Shown: piece after piece, positions 1 to 9,060 of the stretch
Position numbering within the stretch: the stretch's first letter is position 1
Layout of the letters: every line of letters starts with the position of its first letter
NCBI GenBank assembly: GCA_964489065.1
Contig: CAZAXH010000001.1
Coordinates: 85,106 to 149,105, forward strand
Length of the DNA: 64,000 nt
Origin: an uncultured Planctomycetales bacterium
GTDB lineage: Bacteria > Omnitrophota > Gorgyraeia > Zapsychrales > JANLHA01
Direction: 5' to 3'
Notes under the pieces: model-generated
Seen by the model: only the letters and a program-made list of their open reading frames with translations
What the model was told of the DNA's origin: nothing
The model's database searches: none
Made by a program: the position numbers and the translations under genes

Positions 1-334
1 TCTATATTCACCGTTTCCTCATCGATGTCCGCGAACACCGGCTTCCCTCCGCAGTACACGACGCAGTTCGCCGAAGCCAGAAACGTCACCGGGGACGTGA
101 TGACTTCATCTCCGGAGCCGATCCCCGCGGCCAGGCAGGCCGTGTGAAGCGCCGCCGTGCCGTTGGATACGGCCACGGCGTATTTCGCTCCGGTGTAGCG
201 GCACAGGGCCTCTTCAAACTCCCTGATCTTCGGGCCCTGCGACAGCCAGTCCGACCGGAGCACATCCGTCACCGCTTTGATATCGTCTTTCGTGATGGTT
301 TGCCGGCCGTACGAAATATTTTTTTTATGGGTCT
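1..334 (-). CDS. DegT/DnrJ/EryC1/StrS-family sugar aminotransferase (PseC-like), N-terminal part; gene runs off the 5' edge of the window
   Basis: The reverse complement of 1-334 translates to MDRKTHKKNISYGRQTITKDDIKAVTDVLRSDWLSQGPKIREFEEALCRYTGAKYAVAVSNGTAALH. This carries the GRQ...GP...FE...NGT.AL signature of PLP-dependent DegT-family aminotransferases. The ATG lies at 332-334. The gene is adjacent to a PseB-like gene. Confidence 0.65.
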
Positions 335-346
335 TCCTATCCATTG

Positions 347-1792
347 TTACTTTTTAATAAACTCCTTGAGCTTTTTGAAAACACCCCACTCCGTCACGGC
401 GCGGTAAATCCGCATCATCCGGTAGGAGCAATGCAGGCGGGCGACAAAGCACCGGGCCAGCAGTTTCCAGCGCGGGCGGTGTCCTTTATAAACGTCATAA
501 TCAAACCAGACGAAATACTGCATCAGTTTCCTCCGGGACAGGCCTTTCAAATTCAGGACAGGACGGGAACGCTCCCGCTCGACATCAAGATGCGCCGGCA
601 AAAGGCCCATGTCCCGGCACATCCGATGAATTTCGGTGCCGGGATACGGGAAAAAAATCGAGTGGGAAGGCCACATATCCGGCTGACAGGCGCGGTTAAC
701 CGCGATCGTTTCCCGGATGTCCTCCTCGGTTTCCGTGGGCAAGCCGATCATATTTAAAAAATGCACTTTAAGGCCGTTCTCCCGGGCGAGAGACGCGGTG
801 CGGATAATGTCCTCGTTGGAATAATGCCGTTTCATAATCTGCCTGCGGACACGCTCGCTTCCCGACTCCACCCCCACGTTAATGAACGTAAAGCCGCTTC
901 CCCGCATGGCGGCGAACAAAGGACCGAAATCCGTGTTGGGGGTCACCCGGATATTGACTCCGAATTCCAACGGGGCCGTCCTGCGGCTGTTAAAGACCGC
1001 CAACGCGCGGCACAACTCCAGGGCCCAGGGGATATTCACGTTGAAGGTCTCAACCTCGAAATATACTTCCCGAACGGCGGCCTGCCGCGCCGTGATTTCC
1101 TCAAGCTCGGCTACAACATTCCCGGCGGAACGGCAGCGCACGTACGCGCCCGTCGCGAGCGTCTTTAAAGCGTGATTGGAACAGTACGTGCACTGAAACG
1201 GGCACCCGCGCCCCAACAGGACGGACGGCCGGCTGTTCAGGTCCAGGGTCCAGGGCCGCCACATCTCCCGGTCCGGGAACGGGAGTTCATCGATATTCTC
1301 CCAGAACGGCCGCAAACGGTTCCTGACCACCCGTCCGTTGTGCTTCACCCACAGGTTCTCAATATTTTCGGGCGAACGGCCCCCCTCCAGGCACTCGACC
1401 AGATCCAGAGTCGGAAATTCCCCCTCGCCGAGACAAACCGCGTCCAAATCCGTCTCCAGCCCGTCCTCGGGGTTCAGCGATAGGTGGCAGCCGCCCCCCA
1501 GGAAAAAAATCCCGGGGAATTCCGCTTTTATCTTTTTTATCCAACGGGCGATAAAAGGGAACTCGCTCGTGACCGAGGAGAAGCACAGGACCGCCGGATT
1601 AAAATCGTTTATAAAAGCGCGGACAGCCTCCATCCGCGTATCTTTCGTCACCACGAACAAGGACGTGCGATGCCCGTGTTTCTTCAACAGCGCCGAGATA
1701 TAGGAAATCCCGAAATTCATTTCTTCCTGATATTGAAGCGGCTTTTCAGGAGAAAACACATTTTGCGAAGAAAAGACAAACGCGATATTCAT
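347..1792 (-). CDS. B12-binding domain radical SAM protein (class B radical SAM)
   Basis: 481 aa. N-terminal Rossmann-like B12-binding region, CxxxCxxC motif (GRGCPFQCTYCSNH), TIM-barrel-length radical SAM core. Embedded in a sugar-modification cluster. Confidence 0.75.
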   Translation of the reverse strand: MNIAFVFSSQNVFSPEKPLQYQEEMNFGISYISALLKKHGHRTSLFVVTKDTRMEAVRAFINDFNPAVLCFSSVTSEFPFIARWIKKIKAEFPGIFFLGGGCHLSLNPEDGLETDLDAVCLGEGEFPTLDLVECLEGGRSPENIENLWVKHNGRVVRNRLRPFWENIDELPFPDREMWRPWTLDLNSRPSVLLGRGCPFQCTYCSNHALKTLATGAYVRCRSAGNVVAELEEITARQAAVREVYFEVETFNVNIPWALELCRALAVFNSRRTAPLEFGVNIRVTPNTDFGPLFAAMRGSGFTFINVGVESGSERVRRQIMKRHYSNEDIIRTASLARENGLKVHFLNMIGLPTETEEDIRETIAVNRACQPDMWPSHSIFFPYPGTEIHRMCRDMGLLPAHLDVERERSRPVLNLKGLSRRKLMQYFVWFDYDVYKGHRPRWKLLARCFVARLHCSYRMMRIYRAVTEWGVFKKLKEFIKK

Positions 1793-1807
1793 AACGCTCC
1801 GGCCGGA

Positions 1808-2797
1808 TTAAAGTCCGGCGATGACCTGCTTCAGTTGTTCGACCGTAAGCCATTGCTGGTTCGTGTCGCTGGTGTAGGAGAACCCTTCCGGGACGGACGA
1901 CAATTTATCATAATGACGGTGCACCGCTTTCGTGTCGTAAAACTGCGGCAGAATGACATAGTTATCCCCGTCGATTTTCGTGTTCCGGGATTCATCCCCG
2001 GAAATCAATGTCTCATGGACTTTTTCCCCCGGGCGGATGCCGACGATTTTAAATGTGCACTCCGGCTCGATCGCCCGGGCCAGATCAACGATCTTCATGG
2101 AAGGGACCCGCGGGATAAACACCTCTCCCCCTTCGGACGTTTCCAGCGCCTTAATCACGAGCTGGACACCCTGCTCCAGCGTGATCCAGAAGCGGGTCAT
2201 CCGTTCGTCGGTGAGCGGGAACTCCCGGCATTCTTTGCTTTTCAGATTCAGGAACAGCGGAATCACGCTCCCCCGCGACCCCATCACGTTCCCGTAACGG
2301 ACCGCGGCAAACTTGACCCTCCCGCCGGCGAAAGCGTTGGCGGCGATAAAGATTTTCTCCGCGACAAGTTTGGTCGCTCCGTAAAGGTTGACCGGGTTCA
2401 CGGCCTTGTCGGTGGAGAGGGCGATCACCTTTTTGACCCCGGCGTCAATCGCCGCGTTGACGATATTGTCGGCGCCGATGACGTTGGTCTTGACCGCTTC
2501 CGTCGGATTATATTCCAGCGCCGGCACCTGCTTAAGCGCGGCGGCATGAACCACGTAATCGACCCCTTCGAAAGCCCGGTAAAGCCGGTCGCGGTCGCGG
2601 ATATCCCCCAGGAAATACCGGATCGGATATTTCCTGTCAGGGAAAACCCGGGACATTTCAAACTGTTTGTACTCGTCCCGGCTGAAAATAATAAGTTTCT
2701 TCAGCTGATATTTATTCAACAGGGTTTCCGTGAACTTTTTCCCGAAAGACCCTGTCCCGCCGGTCACCAGCACCACTTTCTGATTCAGCATGAGCAC
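1808..2797 (-). CDS. pseB: UDP-N-acetylglucosamine 4,6-dehydratase (inverting), PseB/FlaA1-type
   Basis: 329 aa. VVLVTGGTGSFGKKF N-terminus, YGATK catalytic motif, and RFWITL...GGEVF(I)P..PS(M)K...L segments that are collinear with Helicobacter PseB. Confidence 0.8.
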   Translation of the reverse strand: MLMLNQKVVLVTGGTGSFGKKFTETLLNKYQLKKLIIFSRDEYKQFEMSRVFPDRKYPIRYFLGDIRDRDRLYRAFEGVDYVVHAAALKQVPALEYNPTEAVKTNVIGADNIVNAAIDAGVKKVIALSTDKAVNPVNLYGATKLVAEKIFIAANAFAGGRVKFAAVRYGNVMGSRGSVIPLFLNLKSKECREFPLTDERMTRFWITLEQGVQLVIKALETSEGGEVFIPRVPSMKIVDLARAIEPECTFKIVGIRPGEKVHETLISGDESRNTKIDGDNYVILPQFYDTKAVHRHYDKLSSVPEGFSYTSDTNQQWLTVEQLKQVIAGL

Positions 2798-2817
2798 TCC
2801 TTCATAAAATAAACGCG

Positions 2818-3801
2818 TTATCCGTTAAAAGATTTCCGTTTAAGCGCCCGGTACTCCGCGATCGTCCGCTCCACACCCTCAGCAAGCGAGATGCGAGGCG
2901 TGAAGCCCAGAGCTTTCATCCGGCTTACGTCCATACATTTCCGGGCCATACCGTCAGGTTTGCCCGCATCCCATGCCAACCGGCCCCGGAACCCGGCTTT
3001 ATCAGCGATCAATTCCGCCAGAGAACGGATCGTCACCTCCGCTCCGCTTCCCACATTAATAAATTCCGGGGAATCATAATACTCCAGCATGAACAGGATC
3101 GCGGCCGCCGCATCATCCACATGCAAGAACTCCCTCAAAGGGCGGCCTGTCCCCCAGAGGGGAACCTCGTCCCGGCCTTCATCCACCGCATCAACCGTCT
3201 TTTTCACCAAAGCGGAAAGGACATGCGACCGTTGCAGGTCAAAACAATCGTTCGTCCCGTAAAGATTACACGGCATCAGACTGATTCCGGGAAACCCGTA
3301 TTGCCGATTATAATATTCCACCATTTTCAACCCCGCGATCTTAGCCAGGGCATACCCTTCATTGGTCGGTTCCAGAGCTCCGGTCAATAAATATTCTTCT
3401 TTCATGGGCTGCGGGCACTCCCGGGGAAAAATGCAGGAGCTGCCCAGGAAACAAAATTTTTTGACGCCATGCACATACGCCTGATGGATGATATTGTTCT
3501 GGATCACCAAATTTTCATAAAGGAATTCCGCCTTGTGCTCATTATTCGCCTTAATGCCTCCCACCCGCGCCGCGGCGTCGACCACGATATCGGGCTTCTC
3601 CAGGCTGAAAAATTTTTTAACCGCTTCGGTATCCGTCAAATCCAGTTCGACCCGGGACCTTAATACAAAATTCGTAAACCCCCGGGCTTTCAACTGCCGC
3701 ACCACGGCAGAACCGACCATGCCATTATGCCCGGCTACAAAAATTTTATGGTCTAGCCGTATTTCAAACACCTTTTTCACAAAACACCTCGTTTCTAACA
3801 A
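2818..3801 (-). CDS. fcl: GDP-L-fucose synthase (GDP-4-keto-6-deoxy-D-mannose 3,5-epimerase/4-reductase)
   Basis: 327 aa. KIFVAGHNGMVGSAVVRQL N-terminus and typical Fcl length and SDR motifs. The ORF-track start is TTG at 3801, so the true start is uncertain. Confidence 0.8.
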   Translation of the reverse strand: MLETRCFVKKVFEIRLDHKIFVAGHNGMVGSAVVRQLKARGFTNFVLRSRVELDLTDTEAVKKFFSLEKPDIVVDAAARVGGIKANNEHKAEFLYENLVIQNNIIHQAYVHGVKKFCFLGSSCIFPRECPQPMKEEYLLTGALEPTNEGYALAKIAGLKMVEYYNRQYGFPGISLMPCNLYGTNDCFDLQRSHVLSALVKKTVDAVDEGRDEVPLWGTGRPLREFLHVDDAAAAILFMLEYYDSPEFINVGSGAEVTIRSLAELIADKAGFRGRLAWDAGKPDGMARKCMDVSRMKALGFTPRISLAEGVERTIAEYRALKRKSFNG

Positions 3802-3849
3802 TCAAAGGACCCATTCGCATTTCTAGTTTACACTCCCTTAGGTCGTGTA
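3800..3849 (+). repeat. Intergenic repeat family, copy A1 (truncated: AATCAAAGG leader fused directly to the 3' hairpin module)
   Basis: aatcaaaggacccATTCGCATTTCTAGTTTACACTCCCTTAGGTCGTGTA. The imperfect palindrome GTTTACAC-N11-GTGTAAAC is shared with copies at 3881-3960, 36861-37030 and 38901-39075. Confidence 0.8.
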
Positions 3850-3880
3850 TTAAAAACCCGCATCCTTCAGCTCGTTCGCA

Positions 3881-3960
3881 TGGCTCACTCGCCTCAGGAT
3901 CAATTCGCATTTCTAGTTTACACTCCCTTAGGTCGTGTAAACTAAATGCTCATTGAATAA
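3881..3960 (+). repeat. Intergenic repeat family, copy A2 (middle plus 3' modules); overlaps the 3' end of the 3942..4511 CDS
   Basis: tggctcactcgcctcaggatcaattcgcatttctagtttacactcccttaggtcgtgtaaactaaatgctcattgaataa. Near-identical to the 3' halves of copies B and C. Confidence 0.8.
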
Positions 3961-4511
3961 CTTTCCCGGGCCAGGGTTTCGACCAGATCGACTTTTTTAC
4001 CGGGGGTCCATCCCGGCGGATCCGTTTGCGGCGGGCAAATAAAAAGCACCCCGTCTTTCAGCCCGTCCTGCTCCTCGGGAAGAAACCGGAACCGGCACCC
4101 CAGGAATTCCTCTTCTTTAAAAACCGCCTCCACGAGCCAGGCCACCTCTTCATCCCCGCAGGCCCAAAAATTTCTTTCCCCTCCGCGGTAAAAGCCACGC
4201 ACGATATCCCGGATCGTCTGCTTAAAACGCTTGATAGACTGAATCGTTTGCAACGTGTAATCCCGGGATTGTTCCAGTCGCTCGGACACCCCTTTAGGCG
4301 TCAGCGTATATTCAACTTTTCTTTTAGTAACCTGGCGGATATGAATATACCCCTGCTCCATCAGGCGGCGCAGAAGCATATTGGTGGCACCCAGAGAAAT
4401 GTTTAAATGACGAGAAAAGTCACGCTGGCTGGCGGCGCTTTCCGATCCGATGATATTGATGAGTTCGGCTTCTTTTGTGTTCAGGGTATCTTTGATCACA
4501 GGGGCTCCCAT
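3942..4511 (-). CDS. Winged-helix (MarR-like) transcriptional regulator
   Basis: 189 aa. N-terminal region SQRDFSRHLNISLGATNMLLRRLMEQGYIHIRQV resembles a MarR/PadR-type wHTH. The last six codons lie inside repeat copy A2. Confidence 0.45.
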   Translation of the reverse strand: MGAPVIKDTLNTKEAELINIIGSESAASQRDFSRHLNISLGATNMLLRRLMEQGYIHIRQVTKRKVEYTLTPKGVSERLEQSRDYTLQTIQSIKRFKQTIRDIVRGFYRGGERNFWACGDEEVAWLVEAVFKEEEFLGCRFRFLPEEQDGLKDGVLFICPPQTDPPGWTPGKKVDLVETLARESYSMSI

Positions 4512-4634
4512 TCATGCGTGTTCAAGACCTGAACATATTATTAATAATATTACTTATTGTCAAGGGGTATTCTTGTTATGTTCCCCTTACTTTCAAATAT
4601 TATTCCAAAATTTTAAAGCATTGGGATATAACAA

Positions 4635-6041
4635 CTAACGGAATTTTATCTTTTTCATGGCAAAAAAACACATCTTAAAAAGCAGCAACCCGTGACGGAA
4701 GCGCTGGATCTGGGTCGTGCCGTATGTCCTGTCCCGGTAACGGATCGGCAACTCCAGGACTTTGAGATTCAATTTGACCGCGCCGAAAATAAGGTCAAAA
4801 TCGCCGAAAGGATCAAACGGGCCGAAATAAGCCCGGTTAGCGGCCAGTTCCTCATAATCACGCTTAAACAGCACTTTGGTCCCGCACAGGGTGTCTTTGA
4901 AACGCTGGCCTAAAAGCCAGCTGAAAAAAATCCCGAAGAATTTATTCGCCAGAAGATTCAGAAAGCGCATAGCCTGCTTTTCCATGGGATAAACCAACCG
5001 GCAGCCGTTTATGAATTCTCCCCGGTTATGCCGGATCGCATCATAAAACTTAGGCATATCCTCGGGAGGAACGGTTAAATCCGCATCCAGGATCATCAGG
5101 ATCTCCCCGGAAGCCCGGCTGAACCCCATCCGCACGGCATCCCCTTTCCCTTTTCCCGTCTGCTTAAAAAGTTTTATGTCTTTCTCCGGATATTTCTGCA
5201 TGACCCGTTCCACTTCCTCATACGTCCCGTCCCGGGATCCGCCTTCGACGAAAATAAACTCCTGATGCCGGCCGAAAGCCGGGGTGCGCAGGATTGCCTG
5301 TTCAATGTTCCCTTTCTCGTTCCGGCAGGGGACCAAAATTGTCACGGAAAAATCCCGTTCAAACTCAAAAAGCGGGCGGGCGATCACAATGTGGTTTAAG
5401 GTAAGCGCGTTAAAAACCGGCAAGGGCGCGATGAAACGGTTGATAAGATAACTCAACCCCCAGATAGGGACGGGGAACAGAATCGCCCGTTCCGTCTTAA
5501 CCGGTTCATATCCCGTCAGTGTCAGAAAGTTACACAGATCATGATACGTCAGCCAGTTCTGAATTTTCTGCCGGATCTTCAACCCGGCTTTCTCCCCGAA
5601 TTTAAGAATATACTGCCAGAGATAACTGTAATACTCGATGATAATCCGCGTATGCGCATGGCAGAACGGCCGGAGGCCGTTCAGAAACACCTGGATATCA
5701 TCCAGTTCCCCCAGCACCCCGGACAGGATGATGAAATCAAATTTATCCTGGCAGGAAAAATCTTTCAGGGCGCAGGCTTCGAACTTAAGATGCGGGTATT
5801 TCCGGGCCGCGAACTCCACGGAGCGCGCACTGATATCGATCCCCACGCCTACGGATGGTTTCAGTTCGTTTAACAGGTCGCCGGTCGAGCAGCCGACCTC
5901 CAGAATTTTCTTCCCGGGCGGGATCAGGTATCGGTATTGCTTATAAAGCAGTTCATAGTAATACCGGTTTTTCCTCCGGAAGCGGTCGCGCTGCTCAGCC
6001 AGATTGTCATAATGCTCGGCGATCGAATTAAGGGCGGTCAT
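4635..6041 (-). CDS. Bifunctional class I SAM-dependent methyltransferase / family-2 glycosyltransferase fusion
   Basis: N-terminal half has VGCSTGDL (methyltransferase motif I). C-terminal half has the GT2 features ILVPCRNEK and DADLT. The ORF track starts at 6125, but the ATG at 6039-6041 forms an ATGA overlap with the stop of the upstream epimerase gene, so 6041 is the preferred start. Confidence 0.65.
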   Translation of the reverse strand: MTALNSIAEHYDNLAEQRDRFRRKNRYYYELLYKQYRYLIPPGKKILEVGCSTGDLLNELKPSVGVGIDISARSVEFAARKYPHLKFEACALKDFSCQDKFDFIILSGVLGELDDIQVFLNGLRPFCHAHTRIIIEYYSYLWQYILKFGEKAGLKIRQKIQNWLTYHDLCNFLTLTGYEPVKTERAILFPVPIWGLSYLINRFIAPLPVFNALTLNHIVIARPLFEFERDFSVTILVPCRNEKGNIEQAILRTPAFGRHQEFIFVEGGSRDGTYEEVERVMQKYPEKDIKLFKQTGKGKGDAVRMGFSRASGEILMILDADLTVPPEDMPKFYDAIRHNRGEFINGCRLVYPMEKQAMRFLNLLANKFFGIFFSWLLGQRFKDTLCGTKVLFKRDYEELAANRAYFGPFDPFGDFDLIFGAVKLNLKVLELPIRYRDRTYGTTQIQRFRHGLLLFKMCFFAMKKIKFR

Positions 6042-7114
6042 GCGTGGTCTCCTTGTTTCCAGCGGTCCTGGTTCAATTCCCATATTTGAGAGAAGGTTGT
6101 CCGAAGATTGAATTTCTGTTCCCATTGCGGATAGTGCGCGGTGAACTTTTTCAAACTGCTGATATACCAGATGTGATCCCCCGGCCGGTTTTCGTCTTTA
6201 TAGTCCCAGTGAAGCGCCCGGCCGCAGATGTCTTCACACAACCGGATCGCCTCTAGGATGGAACAGCTGCTGGCCCGACCTCCCCCTATGTTGTAAACTT
6301 CCCCCGGCCGCGGGGCCTGATAAAAACAATAAAACGCGTGGACCAGGTCAAAACTGTGAATATTATCCCGCACCTGTTTCCCTTTATAACCCAACACGGT
6401 ATACGGCGTGCCGGTCATGCAGCATTTCATCAAATACGACAAAAACCCGTGCAGGGCCGCTCCGGAATGCCGGGGGCCGGTCAGGCATCCTCCCCGGAAA
6501 CACCCGGTCTTGAGCCCGAAATACCGGCCGTATTCCTGGACCAAAATATCGGCCGCCAGCTTGGACGCCCCGAATAACGAGTGTTGGCTCTGGTCGATGC
6601 TCATGGTTTCATCAATCCCATCGAACAAAGGGTGCTGTTCCTCGAGGTCCCAGCGGGTTTCCCGCTCTTTCAAAGGGAGACGGTTAGGGGTATCGCCATA
6701 AACCTTATTGGTGCTGGTAAAAATGAATACCGCTCCCGGGCAATGCCGGCGGGTCATTTCCAGCAGGTTCAAAGTTCCATTGGCGTTCACCGTAAAATCA
6801 GTCACCGGCTCCCGGGCCGCCCAATCATGGGAAGGCTGGGCCGCGGTATGAATCACGAGTTTGATGTCCCGCCCGTATTGTGCAAAAAGCGCTTCCAAGG
6901 CGTCGATGTCCCGGATATCGGCAGCCCTGTGGTCATATCCGGGGATCTTTTCCCGAAGGGCTGCGGCGTTCCAGCGCGTTGACGCCTCTTCTCCGAAAAA
7001 AAACCGCCTCATATCATTATCAATCCCGACCGGCTTAAACCCCCGGGAGCCAAAAAATTCCACCGCTTCCGACCCGACCAACCCCGCGGATCCGGTTATC
7101 AGGACGACATCCAT
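6038..7114 (-). CDS. NAD-dependent epimerase/dehydratase (SDR family, CDP/UDP-sugar epimerase-like)
   Basis: 358 aa. [19 protein letters not shown] Rossmann N-terminus and YGASK-type catalytic motif ([11 protein letters not shown]). Confidence 0.7.
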   Translation of the reverse strand: MDVVLITGSAGLVGSEAVEFFGSRGFKPVGIDNDMRRFFFGEEASTRWNAAALREKIPGYDHRAADIRDIDALEALFAQYGRDIKLVIHTAAQPSHDWAAREPVTDFTVNANGTLNLLEMTRRHCPGAVFIFTSTNKVYGDTPNRLPLKERETRWDLEEQHPLFDGIDETMSIDQSQHSLFGASKLAADILVQEYGRYFGLKTGCFRGGCLTGPRHSGAALHGFLSYLMKCCMTGTPYTVLGYKGKQVRDNIHSFDLVHAFYCFYQAPRPGEVYNIGGGRASSCSILEAIRLCEDICGRALHWDYKDENRPGDHIWYISSLKKFTAHYPQWEQKFNLRTTFSQIWELNQDRWKQGDHA

Positions 7115-7126
7115 CTCTTCTTCTCC

Positions 7127-7963
7127 TTAAACGCCCTTCTGATTTTCAGGCTTCTTTTCCACCTCGATATAATAAAACATGCTCAGCCACGGGCTCAAAG
7201 GCGACAGCAACCACTCCAGCCCTTTGACCAGAAAATACCCCCAGGTAGGCAACAACTGCCGGAAGGACACCCCTCCGCTCAGCAAATAAGCCAAAGGCCC
7301 GAACGGACGGAAACTTTTCAAAGCCAGCCGCCGGTACCGCTGGCTAAAAACTTCCTGGTCCCGCCGGAAAACGATCCATGGCAGGGCCCCGTTGCCGCAC
7401 GACAAAGCGCCATCGCCCTCCACGCCCCAGCCCGAGGAAGGGTCAAACGTCTCGTGGTGAAAATTCTGGTAGACCCATCGGCCCCAGCAGGAATTCGCCG
7501 GTTCGATCATAACGATTTTCCCCCCGGGACGCAAACACCGGTCCATCTCGCTAAAAAAAGCGTGCGTGTCTTTAACATGATGAAAAACATTCAACATCAC
7601 AAAGGCACTGACCGACCCGTTCTTAAACGGGCTCTGATCGACGCGGAAACACACATCCACATGAGGCAGGAACAGGATGTCCGAAGTGATGACCTCCGGC
7701 AGAACGTCCTTGAGCAGTCCTCCCCCGCTGCCCAACTCCACAATCGCGCCCGGAGGAACGGCCTGTAAGCCGTTGGCTAATCTGCGGTAAAAATCCAGGT
7801 AAAGCTTTTTCAAGAACGGCTTTTTCCGGATGATATCCCGGTGAATCAGCGTGGATTGGGGATCATCCAAATCGCAGATCAAAGCCGCTTCCGGAAGTTT
7901 TAAGAAATCCAGGAATTTCATCATACCTTTAAATATCAGGATGCCTCCCGACATCCTGGACAA
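7127..7963 (-). CDS. Class I SAM-dependent methyltransferase
   Basis: 278 aa. VELGSGGGLL (motif I) and PGGKIVMIEP (motif post-II). Confidence 0.6.
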   Translation of the reverse strand: MSRMSGGILIFKGMMKFLDFLKLPEAALICDLDDPQSTLIHRDIIRKKPFLKKLYLDFYRRLANGLQAVPPGAIVELGSGGGLLKDVLPEVITSDILFLPHVDVCFRVDQSPFKNGSVSAFVMLNVFHHVKDTHAFFSEMDRCLRPGGKIVMIEPANSCWGRWVYQNFHHETFDPSSGWGVEGDGALSCGNGALPWIVFRRDQEVFSQRYRRLALKSFRPFGPLAYLLSGGVSFRQLLPTWGYFLVKGLEWLLSPLSPWLSMFYYIEVEKKPENQKGV

Positions 7964-8184
7964 TAACGTTTTCGCCGCCCCTTCTGGTTTTGCATCCCGT
8001 CAGGATGTTTTCATTGTATTACAAAACGGCTCTCCGCAGAAACGGTATTTTATCATTCTCCAAAAAACCTGGAAAAGATTTTAGGAAGATTCCTCCCACC
8101 ATGTTAAAATAATTCCCGTTCCCATACCGGGGGGATCCCGCGCCAGCAATATCATAAACATATAAAAAGGACAGACTGCGACCC

Positions 8185-9057
8185 ATGAAAAAACTAACCG
8201 ACATTTTCGCGCGTAAAGAGCGCACTTTTTCTTTTGAACTTTTTCCGGCCAAGACCGAAAAAGGTCATCAAAATTTGCTGGCCACCATAGCCGAACTCGT
8301 CACCCTTGAACCGGATTATATCTCCTGCACATACGGGGCCGGCGGAGGAAGCCGGGAGCGGACCTTTGATGTCGTCCAGCATATTCAGGATACGTATCAC
8401 GTGCCGGGAGTGGCCCATTTAACCTGCGTCTGCCACACCCGGGACGATATCAAGTCCATCCTGGACCACATCCGACAGAGAGACATTTGTAACGTACTCG
8501 CGTTAAGGGGCGACCCGCCGAAGGATAATCCGGACTGGCGGCCGGGGCCAGACAACTTTCAATATTCCAGCGAACTCTGCGCGTTTATCCGCCGGCATCA
8601 TGGCGACTTCTTCGCTGTCGGCGTCGCCGGCTTCCCGGAGGGACACATTATCTGCCCGGATCGGGACAAAGACGCCCATTACCTTAAAACAAAAATCGAT
8701 AACGGCGCCGATTTTGTCACCACCCAATTATTCTTCAACAATCAGGATTATTTCGATTACGTGCAAAGGTTACGGAATCTGGGAGTCAAAGCAAGAGTTA
8801 TTCCGGGAATACTCCCGGTCACGAATTACGACAACTTAATCCGTTTCTGCCAAAACTGCGGGACAACCGTGCCGCAGGAGGTTCACGACATTTTCCTCCC
8901 CATCAAGGATGACCCGGACCGCTGTCTGGAAGAAGGAATAAATTTCGCGGTCAGGCAATGCCGGGACCTGCTGGATCGCGGCGCGCCGGGCCTGCACTTT
9001 TACGCCCTGAACAAGCTCCATCCCGTGGACACCATCCTTAACGCGGTTCGCGGATAA
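8185..9057 (+). CDS. metF: 5,10-methylenetetrahydrofolate reductase
   Basis: 290 aa. SFELFPAKT...YISCTYGAGGGSRERT...HLTCV...LALRGDPP are hallmarks of MetF. Confidence 0.85.
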   Translation: MKKLTDIFARKERTFSFELFPAKTEKGHQNLLATIAELVTLEPDYISCTYGAGGGSRERTFDVVQHIQDTYHVPGVAHLTCVCHTRDDIKSILDHIRQRDICNVLALRGDPPKDNPDWRPGPDNFQYSSELCAFIRRHHGDFFAVGVAGFPEGHIICPDRDKDAHYLKTKIDNGADFVTTQLFFNNQDYFDYVQRLRNLGVKARVIPGILPVTNYDNLIRFCQNCGTTVPQEVHDIFLPIKDDPDRCLEEGINFAVRQCRDLLDRGAPGLHFYALNKLHPVDTILNAVRG

Positions 9058-9060
9058 ATA

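Noticed and set aside
144-757. Plus-strand ORFs 144..407 and 344..757
   Set aside because: They are antisense to the DegT-like and radical SAM genes, with no motifs.
1484-2812. 442-aa plus-strand ORF antisense to the B12-radical SAM and PseB genes
   Set aside because: It lies entirely antisense to two well-supported genes and has a low-complexity Arg/Pro-rich composition typical of GC-rich antisense frames.
7964-8184. Riboswitch or leader upstream of metF
   Set aside because: Only a short GGAAGATTCC palindrome is present. No recognisable S-box or T-box features.
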